A program made the position numbers and the translations under genes. Source: Selaginella moellendorffii (taxonomy: Eukaryota > Plantae > Lycopodiophyta). Taken from it: a stretch of 64,000 nt of DNA. Positions 26,223-36,998 of this stretch are shown here, piece by piece (position 1 is the stretch's first letter; each line of letters starts with the position of its first letter). The DNA lies in NCBI RefSeq assembly GCF_000143415.4, contig NW_003314269.1:2363544-2427543 (forward strand), written 5' to 3'. The notes under the pieces are model-generated. The model was not told the DNA's origin and did no database searches. It saw nothing but the letters and a program-made list of their open reading frames with translations.

Positions 26223-27728
26223 TCAAGGCCATCGATGGCACGCATTTGCTAGGTGGAGGTATGTGATTTCGTTGAGAGGATCCAGAGTGAGAGCGTGTTG
26301 GGCTGCTCGAGCCCCGCTGTGGATCTGGTTGATCTGACTCATCGAGCTTCCCAGCAGGCACAGCCAGTCTACAGGCTGTGGCTCCGATGGCATGCCCTTG
26401 ATCACACTCTCAGCAGCCGCTACATCTCCAGCTCTAGCGATGGCATCCAGGAGGCAAGAGTAGTGCTGTTTACTTGGTTGTAGATGGTGATCCACACCCA
26501 TGGATCCAAAGCACCAGTAGCTCAGGCTAGCATCTCCCGCGTAGCTAAATCCAATGAGCATGTTGGTGAAGGTGGTCTCGTCAGGGCTTACACCCTCCAT
26601 GGCCATGTCTTGCAAGAGCTGCCTAGATGCCTCCACCTGGCCTTTACGCGCATGGGCTGCCACCATGGCGTTCCACGACACCGTGTCTCGCTGCCACATC
26701 ATCGCGAAGAAAGCCCGAGCCCGCTCCAGGTGGCAATGCCCGCAGTGTGCCGACAGCATGGCATTCCAGCACACCACGTCCCTCTCCGCCACGTCATTGA
26801 AGAGCTGGCACGCCTGCTGCACATGCCCAGATGCCGCAAGCCCGGTGATGGTGACGAGGCAGGACACCGTGTCCCATTCAGGCAGGCCATCCAGAAACGC
26901 TTTAGCGGCACTGGCCTGGCCACATCGGCAGAGCCCAGCCAGCATGGCATTCCACGTCACTTGGCTCCAACAGGGCATGGCATGGTAGAGACTCCATGCA
27001 TGGTCAAAATGCCCTTCAACGGCATTTGCGGAAACTATGGCCGTCCAGCAGAAAATGTCAAGCTCTGGAGCTCGATCAAATACTTTAATGCTTTCTTCCA
27101 GTTTGTGATTTGCTGCCATTGCGAGTAACAGTGTTGTAAAGGAGATGAGATTGTGCTGGGGCATGGATTCGAAGAAACTTTGAGTGTCCCGCAAATGCCC
27201 GGCTCTGGCATAGACGTTGAGCATCGCAGTGGCGGAGACGAGGTCGTGTTCTTCCATGTCCTTCTGGTAAATCTCCCGGGCCTCGCTCACCATCCCCTCG
27301 CGCGCCAACGCCGCCAGCATCGCGGTGGAGGAGACGCCATTCCACTCGGGGATGGAATGGAAAACGTCCCGTGCGGTGCTGATCTCGCCTTGGCGCTGCG
27401 CGTACGCCGTGAGGAGGGCGTTCCATGCGACGAGATCGCGAGCGGGCATGGCTTGGAAGAGGTGCCGCGCGCCCTCCAGATCCCCGGCGCCGGTGTAGGC
27501 GGAGATGATCGACGCCCAGGAGAAGGCGTTCTTGGCTTCGTCCGGGATGAGGCGATCAAAGACGAGGCGCGCGCTGGCGATGGCGCCGAATCGCCCATAC
27601 ATCTGGACGAGGAGATTGCAAAGGAAGACGCGATTGCCATGGCGCAAGACGAGGCGGGATTGCGCGTCCTGGAGCTCGCTCACACTCCTACACGATCGAA
27701 TGGCTAGAGCCTCGTCACTATCACGCAT
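26223..27728 (-). CDS. PLS-class PPR protein made mainly of short (SS-type, ~31 aa) motifs, ending in an E domain without DYW
   Basis: 501-aa intronless ORF with DLVAWNALLTAYAQ-type repeats, HYSCLLDAIARAG, PQPVDWLCLLG and YLHLAN. Confidence 0.92.
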   Translation of the reverse strand: MRDSDEALAIRSCRSVSELQDAQSRLVLRHGNRVFLCNLLVQMYGRFGAIASARLVFDRLIPDEAKNAFSWASIISAYTGAGDLEGARHLFQAMPARDLVAWNALLTAYAQRQGEISTARDVFHSIPEWNGVSSTAMLAALAREGMVSEAREIYQKDMEEHDLVSATAMLNVYARAGHLRDTQSFFESMPQHNLISFTTLLLAMAANHKLEESIKVFDRAPELDIFCWTAIVSANAVEGHFDHAWSLYHAMPCWSQVTWNAMLAGLCRCGQASAAKAFLDGLPEWDTVSCLVTITGLAASGHVQQACQLFNDVAERDVVCWNAMLSAHCGHCHLERARAFFAMMWQRDTVSWNAMVAAHARKGQVEASRQLLQDMAMEGVSPDETTFTNMLIGFSYAGDASLSYWCFGSMGVDHHLQPSKQHYSCLLDAIARAGDVAAAESVIKGMPSEPQPVDWLCLLGSSMSQINQIHSGARAAQHALTLDPLNEITYLHLANACHRWP

Positions 27729-27801
27729 CTAAAGAATTGCACGGCTACGATAAAGCCACCTGTAGAATATGCTAGAATTTAAAACATTTTAACGGTAGCG
27801 A

Positions 27802-28296
27802 TCAAACTTGCAGAGTAACATCGAAGCCCACGATTGTGGCTCTGTTGGTGTTCGATGTCGTGTTGAGTACTGCAAACCCTCGAGCCATTCGAAACTTTCC
27901 AGTGCCTCCGATCACCGCGATCTCGCGCTCCGCTAGCAGGAACCTGTCCGCGCCATGGAAGCTTATGGTGCTGCCATTCTCACTCCCGCGGCTAAACACC
28001 GCCGTGAACGTCAGGAGCAAGCTGGAGCCGTCCAGCGCGCTGATCATGTAAGTCCCCTGCGCTCTTCCAACCGGCTGTGACGCCGGCGAGGGGCCCTGGG
28101 TGAGCAGATCGTCGATCACCATCACCGCTCCAAATGCGGCTGTAGAGTTCGCGGAGCCCGCGACCCGGAGCACCGTCCTCGGCGAGAGATTGAAGTTGTC
28201 GTGCATATAGAACTGCATTCTGGAAGGCGCGGCATACCCCCACTGAGCTAGCAAGAAGATCAAGAGACCAAGCACTGCCGCTTGGAGCACCTCCAT
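27802..28296 (-). CDS. Dirigent protein
   Basis: Signal peptide, FYMHD, FGAVMVIDDLLT, VGRAQG and REIAVIGGTGKFRMARG. Confidence 0.95.
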   Translation of the reverse strand: MEVLQAAVLGLLIFLLAQWGYAAPSRMQFYMHDNFNLSPRTVLRVAGSANSTAAFGAVMVIDDLLTQGPSPASQPVGRAQGTYMISALDGSSLLLTFTAVFSRGSENGSTISFHGADRFLLAEREIAVIGGTGKFRMARGFAVLNTTSNTNRATIVGFDVTLQV

Positions 28297-28626
28297 TCTC
28301 TCGACGACTTCGATCTGGACTGCCGCTCTCCTGAAAGCATGAAAAAACCAAGGGTGTAGAAACGTCTATAAAAAGCAGAAGAAAATCAAAGGTGGACTCA
28401 CCAGTCAGAAGCGGGCACCACTGTCGCGCACTAACGAAAGAATGAGTCATAAAGAAGCGACTGGAAAGCGAGAAAGCGGGCGAGAAGTGGGAAATTATTT
28501 TACACGAATTTACCGTCAGAGAGCCTCCACCTTCCTCCTCACTGGAAGGTCAAGACCAACAAACCAACAACCTTTTTAGACGTTACCGACAGCCGATAAC
28601 GCAGCACGCAAAACTCTAGCTCGCTT

Positions 28627-30870
28627 CTAGCTTAGCCGGATTCGTTGACCGGGATAGATAACATGTTTGTCGCGAATCTGTCACAAACCTGAAGCTCAGT
28701 CCGGGACTTCCACGAGTTTTACAAGCCTTACCTGAGGATTCAGACGATAGAAATTGGAGTTGGGGTCCTCCCATTCATCGGGAACGATGCTGCTCAAAGT
28801 TTCTCCCTTTTGCACAATGTGATACCTGCGGGGTTTGAGTTAAGAGTTATCGCTGCGTAGAAAGGCCAAACATGTAGAGTATACCTTTCTTTGATTTTGG
28901 AGGATCCTCTTCTACACGGGACAAAGCAGGAAAATGTTATACTTTGGATTTATATAAAAATACGACTACCTTGGCCACATAACGATGGCACCAGCTACAA
29001 CAGCTGCTCCACTCAGGACCTGCGAGGGACCAGCGCATAAGATGGGAAGAAGTGAGAACAATTGATACACCTGCTTCACGAATTTCTTTACACCCCCGGA
29101 CACCTTCCTATGGTTTGCCGGAGAAGATGAAGGAGAGGAACTGCCCGAGCTCGAACTCTTCAAACAATGCGAAATCACGTCAAGACTCAAAGAGAATTTC
29201 TTTTCCAACCTCTTGTTCCAGGCGTTTGGCCGTTGCAGCCATCAGTTCTGGATGTTGAGCCGCCGAACGTTCTCTCTCAATTCTGTGCTTCGTCCCGTGT
29301 TTTAGTGACCACCTTGTACCATGCTCTGATCCCGGAGGACTTGCATGCCTGACCTTGGAGGTACGCCTCCAAGGTCCCAGCTCCTTGGCTCGCCAATCCT
29401 CAAGCTTCTGTTTGACTGTTTTCTGCGAGTGCTTCACTTGATCGCGGAACTTCCCTTCCTCTTGCGAGTGCGTCTTCGATCTCAAGCCTTCCTGTTTACA
29501 GGATCCGGCCTTCTCACTCGATCGGTCTAGATTTTTTATCCACTCGTCTGCTTTAGCTGCTTTGGCAGACGTAGATTTGTCCATCTTAGTCTTCAGCTTC
29601 AAGTCCTCCAGCCACTTACTATCTTCTTCAGCTTTCTCCACACCAGACTCTGCCCTGTTCTCGTGTTGTCTTCTAGACAGCCAGTTGAAAATCTGCGATA
29701 AAGTTCCGAGTGAGATTCAAAAGAAAGAAACAGAGAAACGATACCTTGCGCCTGCTACTATCAGAATTAGAGTCGGCCTCAGCAACAGCGGGATTTGATG
29801 CTGGAGTTGCAGTGTCAGTAGCAGTGGGAGCTGTTACATCGCAATGTTTCGGAGGAAGATCCGGCTTCAAGGTAGTTGCCAGCTCAGGTTTTGGACCAGA
29901 ACGTTTCCGTGATAATTCCTCAACCTTTTCCGTTCCACGGCCGGAAGCATCTTCGTCATCGGGCAGACCACTGCGAGTATCCGCTTTGGAGATCTCTTGT
30001 GGAACAGTATCCAAGTTTTCGGCCTCCTCGGAACTGATTTCAGTGATCTTAACGTTAGAGACAGGTGCTCGGCGAGACTTGAACGACTGACCGAGTCCTT
30101 TCCGTTTCTTCGTGGCTGCCAATCTCTGCAGATGAACAAGTTATGGAAGTTACCACAGATCCGTTTGTATACCATTGCTTCGATTTTTCTTCGCTCCTCC
30201 TCCGATAGCACGAAGCTGACTTTTACGTGTATGCGACCACCGGCTTTTAAAGCAATGAACGAATCCTGAAAGCCTTTCTGTACAATTCCAGGCGTCTCGA
30301 GTTCTAGAAAGAAGCAAGAGTTAGCAAAACTTCGTTCCCACTCCCCAAAGCTTACCAGCTCTAGCAACGACATCTCCTTTGCTATCCAATAAAGAAACCA
30401 GAAGGTTGTCCCGGAGATTAAGCACAGGACTAGAAAAAATCACGAAGCATGTTAAAGAGAGAAGTGAGCCACTCGAATGAAAACACGTACAACAGATACT
30501 CCAAGTTCCAAGGCTGCGTTCGACCATCTTGTGGCTCTACAGACGATGTTTGAAACTCTCGCCTTCCAACAGAAACTACATAGTGAGGAGTAAACAAACA
30601 AACGGTGAGAAGTGAGAACGAAGAAACGATGAAGTGAGGAACATCGGACCTTTCACAGCGACAGACTTCCCATCTGTTTATGAAAATATAGAACACCATA
30701 AGAAATCGGTGGAGGAAAGCTGGACGAATCAATTACCTGTGACAGTGGAAGGCAAGTCGATCGCTTCCAAAACTGCAAGCCACGAAAACAATAAATCACT
30801 CGAGCTGATTCTTTCAAAGAACAAAGAAGAAGAGCAAATAATCACCAGCAACACGTATGTTTCCTGGCAT
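28627..30870 (-). CDS. Multi-exon protein: N-terminal C2-like domain, charged low-complexity middle, TM helix, C-terminal LysM domain
   Basis: Exons read MPGNIRV / VSVGRREFQT / LNLRDNLLVSLLD / GGRIHVKVSFVLSEEERRKI ... LSGAAVVAGAIVMWPR ... YHIVQKGETLSSIV...LNPQ|IRDKHVIYPGQRIRLS*. Confidence 0.75.
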
Positions 30871-31547
30871 TTTTTCGCCAGACCCTTGTCAGTCAGCTGC
30901 TGGAATCGAAAACTTGTCTAGTGCTAGGCAAGAATGCACTACATCTGCTGCCATAAGCGACACAAATCCCAAGCGCCGGAGGAAAATGGGAGACGTGAAT
31001 CGCCCACTTCCCCCTCTTTCCGATCATCCGCCGGCGCTCATGAGAAGCAACCTAAAACCTCGAATTCCCTCACGCGCGCGACGGCGCTGCTGGCAGAGAT
31101 CCCTCGCGCCACCGCATCCACGCGCACCGACTGATCGCTCGATCTGCCCTAGCTCTGAGAAAAAATGGAGGGAGAAACAAAGAAAATGAGACGAATAGCG
31201 CCTTGACGGGTGACGGGCCACCGCAGCCGTAGATTCCCCCACCGATGGGAATATTCTCCGCGATGTCGGGCCTCAAATTTCCTGTGGTGGCTGTCAGCCG
31301 TGCCAAGCGAATGGTACTATAGATTTTTCTTTTCTCTCCTTTGTAAAGATCAACGTATTAATCAAAGGAGGATGGGGACAAAGGCGATCACCCAGAGGAT
31401 CTTTTGGAATAATCTCGGAATCGTCTCGCTGCTAGAAGCACGGGGGGTAGCGCGTGGGAATTCTTCACTTTGGGCTGGCATTTGTCTTGACACTCAGAAT
31501 CCATGTTACTTGTCACCATTATCTCCCACAGGAGGAAACCCTGTTCT

Positions 31548-31653
31548 TAGGGTTAGGGCTAATGTAACAATATAATTTTAAAAGGTGTAAAGTTCGAAAT
31601 TAGGGCTATCAGAAGAATGTTTTTAAGGGTTTAAAGTTGGGAGTTTAGGGTTC
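31548..31653. promoter_or_regulatory. Telo-box cluster (TTAGGGTT-like) upstream of GLE1
   Basis: Several TAGGG(T/C)T copies just 5' of the ATG at 31674. Telo-boxes are typical of plant translation and RNA-processing genes. Confidence 0.45.
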
Positions 31654-31673
31654 TTATTTTAGGGCAGGAAGCA

Positions 31674-34435
31674 ATGAGCGGGAGCCCGCTTCTGGAACCG
31701 ATGAGAAGGCGCAAGTCTGGATCTCCAGCGGCGATGGTGGAATCGCTAATGCGCCCGGAATCGCCATTGCGGCCCAGGGTTTTGGCGCCGCTCTTCACCA
31801 ATGTGGCCCTGTCCGAGGAGAGAGGTACGCGAGCTGCGACCGCTGGCAGCGACGATTGTTCCCAGAATGTGGATCCCGACGAGTCTCCATCCAAGGGGCT
31901 GTCGCCGCATTCTCTAGCAAGGCTTGTGCCGAAGGATGTGGCGAAGCTCGCAGCGTCCGGGAGAGGCCGGGATGCGCTGCTGGGTATGGTTGATCCGCAG
32001 CCCGACTGGACGCTGGGCGATCTCAGGGACGAGCTGGAGGAGCTGACGGAGAAGATGAGCGGGTCGCGGCTTCACGAGGAGGGGGACGTGCGAGAAAGTG
32101 AAAGCGTTCCTCAGCAACGGTATGGATCATGTCTTTAGTATTCGCGAATGAGCGTTGTGTTGGTGATCATATGTCTGTAGCTGGGGGCTGAGCGAAGAAG
32201 TAGCCGACTTTAACAGGATCAGCAAACCTTTCGTCATGCGGCTCGATGATGAAGACTTTGAGAGCTCGGATGACGATGACGATGATGAGGAGGAGGATGT
32301 GTTCAGTCAAAATGATCCGGGACGTGATAGACAAGCTCCTGTTGTCCACAACTCTTCAAGGTTGGTTGCGAGATTTACTTTTCTTCTCTTTCGTTTTTTT
32401 TGGTTTAAGGCAAAAATTCACAGCGTTCGACAGGGTTCTAACACATAAATCTCCATATGACGAAGACGCCATCTTCTTAACTACAAGCAAAGTAGAAGCA
32501 GCTCTTTTTGAAGCTGAGCGATTGAGAATTCTTCGAGTCCAGGTTGGTTTACACTCTTCTCTAATTGGTGTTGGACTAAACGTGATCTTAGGAGGAATTG
32601 AGACAAAAGAGGTTTCAATTAGAATCCGCTCTTTTGGAGGAGACACAACGGTCAGCTGAAAAAATTGCCCAAGTTATGAAAGACGAGGAGGCAAAATGCG
32701 AGATGACTCGTCGAAGTGACAAGCAGTACCAGCGCTTAATGTGTGTGCCTTCTCTTGTTTATTTTTCTGAACGGATATTGAAATGCGGTTTGGCAGTGCC
32801 GAGCAGCGTGATAAGCACCTATCAGCATTGCAGCGTGACCATGAACAACGTTCTCAAGTTGAAGAGCGGAAAATTAAAAAAGACGAGGAGGCACAGAGAA
32901 GAGAACACTCCGTTCGAGAAGAAATGGAACGGCAACAGAAAGCGAAGGCTGACGCAGAGGTATTCTTTTCAGGGTTTTAGCTTTAGGCGCACACTGACGA
33001 GGGGTTTAAAGATTGCAGCAGCTAAGGCGGCTGAAGCACAGCGAATAAGAAAACTGGAGGAACAAGTGGCAGCCGAAGCTGAAAAGAAACGGCAAGCCGA
33101 GGCTGCCCAGAAAGCTGAGGCAGACCGAAAGGAGAACGAAAGCGCGAAACCGTCGCGAGGAGCGCCTCAACTAAGAGTCTCAAAATCTGCAGCGGACAAT
33201 GAGATGGGAAGAAAGAAGATACTCCAACAACTAAATGAAGCTTCAAAGTCATTGCAGGCGAATCCTGTGTTGAGGAAGGTAGAGTTGCTTTTTCTCTTCT
33301 GTTTTTTGGATGATGAGCAAATGGATGTTTTTCCCCAGAACCTCAAGGCTTTGGGATTTCAAATAGGTAAACTGTGGAATCAAGTTGCCGCTACAGAGGA
33401 GCAAGTGAGGTACAAAAACAACTGTAGTTTGATCGTCGTAATGCTTCTTTGTTTTGTTTTTGTTCTTGAAGAAAGGTGTCAATGGAGTTTTTGCAGCTGG
33501 CGAACAATCCTCAAAGCCAGGCATTTGTCGTTTCAACACTAGCGTCGAAGGTTTTACACATGATATCTCGAGTTTCACAGCCTGACGCTGTCGAATCTTT
33601 TGCTGGCAGCTTATGTCTCAGTGTGAGGCGCAGGTCTCAAGGGCCCCGTCATATGCCTATGTGTTCGCTCGAATCGTCGTTAACGTGTCAAGTCAGGTAA
33701 GTAATCTATATGGATGTTATCGAAACTGGACGTTTGTTTCTTGATTTCTTCTTGGTAGCTTCCGGTTGTCATGGACGCTGTTCTCGCGCAGCTGAATGTG
33801 GTTTGTATTTTGACTGTTCCAAAGTACTTCATGTACAAGAAGGTAACTTTCTCTAGCTTCTTTCTCCCCTGGTACTAACGGATGAGAATTGTCAGGGTGA
33901 CTACGAGAGTGACAAGAGCTATTACAACATGCTAGGATTTCGCGAGGACGATTCTGGCACTCTGGAGACGGCAGATGATTACGTTGCACGGATGACTGCG
34001 TACGTAACTCTATATGCCGCCATCACGCAGACAGGAGGAGCAAACGGGCACGGCATTGCAAATGGATGGAAATGGTGCGCGCAACTCCTCAACCATCTTC
34101 CCGCAAATCGCTACAGCGCGTCCGCTTTGTTTGCTTTTCTCGAGGTTGACTGCTTTTTGTGCCATAAGTCTTTACTTTTTTTCTTTCTTTTGGTGTAGAC
34201 TGCAGGATTCCGGCTCTACCAGTCGTATCCAAAGCCTTTCATGAAGCTGATGAACACCATCGTGACAAGATTCGTTCCACTGCTCCAGAAGCACAACGAT
34301 CCGGATGCTCGCTCCGTGCTTAACCGGCTCGAGACTTACCTGGGAACGAAACAGTTCACCAAAAGGCCGAAAGACGAGCTCACACAGCAACAAACTGTCT
34401 CGGCAATCGCTCTCAAGGAGGCGTCGTGGTATTAA
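31674..34435 (+). CDS. GLE1: mRNA export factor GLE1, multi-exon
   Basis: N-terminal VDPQPDWTLGDL and KPFVMR, a coiled-coil middle, and a C-terminal GLE1 domain (GWKWCAQLLNHLPANRYSASALFAFLE, AGFRLYQSYPKPFMKLM). Confidence 0.88.
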
Positions 34436-34546
34436 ACGAGGTACACATTTACAAAGAGGAGGAGAAAAAGGAGAAACGAGGATACCGAAGTAGGAAAAAA
34501 AGGAGAACCGAGGAAACTAAGCGAAGAAGGAAAGAACGACCTCCCC

Positions 34547-35928
34547 TTAAGCCGATCTCCAGCCAAAGTGGCTCACGATTGCGAAGTAGAGGCAGCTGAG
34601 GCCGATGTAGAGCTTCATCCAGAGGCAGGAGGCGACGAGGTATCCCAGGACGAGCGTGAACGCCGCTACTCCGGTGAAGTTTACCAGGGACTTGCTCGTC
34701 GGGAGCTTGTCCTCGATGCTTCCTCCGGGAGAGAAGTAACCCTTCTTGATGAAGGAGCTGAGGAGCTCGTCCTTGCGCTCGTACGCCTTGTACAGCCACG
34801 ACGAGCACCCGTTTGCATCGGAGGGGATTTGCTCCACGGGTATGCGCCGGATGTGAATGTGGACTTCGGATGGATCGATTCCAAACAGGTTGTCGATGAA
34901 GAGAGGGCAGCGGTTCTTGTAGCCGATCGTGAGATCGTAGACTGGAAAAAAAGAAGAAAGAAGTTAAACTTTAAAGCCAAAGTTTTTGGATGGATGATGC
35001 TTGCCTGCGTCGAGAGAGCTGCCAAGGTTCTTCACGCACGATTGGAATCCTTTGGTCTTTGGCATGAGTACGTGATTGAGCTTGCGCAAGCCTTTCTTCT
35101 CGGCGAGTTCCTGGCCAGCCAGCTTCTTCTGCTCCCTGCGCGTGTCGATCGATCAAAACGTTACTCGAAACAAAGAAGGAAAACACAGGAGAGAAGAACT
35201 TACGTGTAGTCAGTTCCTTCCGGGAAGAGGATCAACCAGAGAGGATCCCTGGCGTCCTTGAAGCTCGAGAGATAGCGCTCCATGAGGGGCTCGTCCACTT
35301 CCCACTTCCTCTCGATGAGGAGAAACTCCATCACGTAGAGCGCCCAGCCAAACACGGGGAGATCGCGGACGCTGTTCTTGACCACGTACTTGACGTGCCC
35401 AATCCGGCCCTTGCGCAGCGCCAGGTTCCAGATGTACATCCAATCCACCTCCGTCCTGTGGTTGCAAATCACGATCGCCCTCTCGCCGCCCGGGACGCGA
35501 TCGCCCGAGAAGACCACCCTCGTCTCGTTGATGTTCTCGAAGAGGAAGGGCCACATTGCGAGCCAGTGGCCGAAGAAGAAGGCGACGAGCTCGCGGCTGT
35601 GGTGGCGGCTGAAGATCCGGACGAGGACGCAGCAGAATGGCGCCAGGAAGATGAGCATGAAGAAGGCGGTGGAGAGGAGGACGAGGAGGCACGCCAGGCC
35701 GCGGACGATCCGGAGGGGAGTGAGCGGCGCGTGGCGGGGGCCCTGGCGGAGGAGGAGCTCGTTTGGATCCGAGGGAGAGAAGGACGAGTAGCCGCTGCCA
35801 TCGCCGCCATTGACAGACGCCTCGCCGTCGCGGATCTCGTCCGAAATATTGCCGCTCGTCACCGCCGCGGGCGTTCTTGCGCGATCCTGCTCGCCATTGG
35901 CGCTCGAAAGCGGCGGATTGCGATTCAT
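34547..35928 (-). CDS. LPAT: 1-acyl-sn-glycerol-3-phosphate acyltransferase, LPAT4/5-like, 3 exons
   Basis: NHRTEVD (NHxxxxD), FPEGTD, MPKTKGF and acyltransferase C-terminal domain. Confidence 0.93.
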
Positions 35929-36898
35929 TCCCCGGCTGCGGTGATGCGCGGGAAAATTCTATGCCAATTCTAGCGCCGGACTCACCGATCGGGGGAGTGG
36001 ACGATTCCCGCGCCTTGCGCTGCCGCCGCCACTGCCCGGACCTCCGTCCTTCATTCCCAAAGAACGAGGGTAAAAAGCTTCGGGGGTCCACATTTCTTAC
36101 GACCTCAAGAACCCTAAGGACAAACGAACACGTTAAAGCATATTCCCACATCCAGTCAAAGGCCAGTCAAACTTGGAAAGGTTATATGTGTGAGGTGGCA
36201 TGCCATGTGCTAATGTGCCAATGTTTCAAATGTTAGGTTGCAAATTTGGACCATCCAAGGGTTATCTACCACGTCACTGACGAATGTTCTACAGGAAGTG
36301 ATTTATAAACGGGCACAAACATTATAAAGTGGCACCAGTTCCAGCAGTCAAGAACATCTCACATGCACACTTTAAACACAATTATTATAAGAAATCTCCT
36401 CATTTAAAACCAAATCTCGTCTCTTATTAGAAAAGATCCACAGGAATATCCCGGTCAATCTAGTGAATTTGGATTTGGGCTTGGTCATTGCGAAGCTATT
36501 TCCATGGCATCTTGCCTCGGGCTTGCTTGCATTACTTACGTAGCTGGGTCTTGATTCCGTTTTCCCTGTGATCGCGGTGTCCAGGATATCATTTTCAATG
36601 AGTTTTTCGTGGCAAGCGTGCCAACTCAGCGAAGTGCACGATCAGTTCTTGGACGGCCTTGTTGGTAAGGATCTAGGGTTATGGGATCTGTGGATGATCC
36701 GGTAAGCAAATCGAAGGGAGGAGAGGAAGTATCTGTGGAAAGAAAGCAAGAAGCTGCGGCAGAAGAGGAGCAGCTTGCCTCGTTGAACAGAGTAAGCACT
36801 CGGCTGTGCGTGACTTGCCCTGACCTTCGCTAGAGAGTCTGCCTGTTTTGTGCCAATAATGGGGGCCTGGCTGTTTATTGTTGTGATATGTCGATAGG

Positions 36899-36998
36899 CG
36901 TTTCAAGTTTTCCTGAGAGTTTGCTCAGCTCTGCTCCCTTGAAATGCCGTTTCAAGTTCTCCTGAGAGTTTGCTCAGCTCTACTCCCTTGAAATGCCG
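36899..36998. repeat. 2 x 49-bp tandem repeat
   Basis: CGTTTCAAGTT(T/C)TCCTGAGAGTTTGCTCAGCTCT(G/A)CTCCCTTGAAATGC repeated twice. Confidence 0.9.

Noticed and set aside
5866-28296. P450, HDR, 2OGD and dirigent genes as a biosynthetic gene cluster
   Set aside because: No scaffold-forming enzyme is present, HDR is broken, unrelated genes are interspersed, and these families are large in a dense genome. Co-expression data would be needed.
34568-35973. Long antisense ORFs over LPAT (likewise over GAPN, the PPRs and 54964-55746)
   Set aside because: Expected shadows of GC-rich codon usage on the opposite strand, with no recognisable domains.
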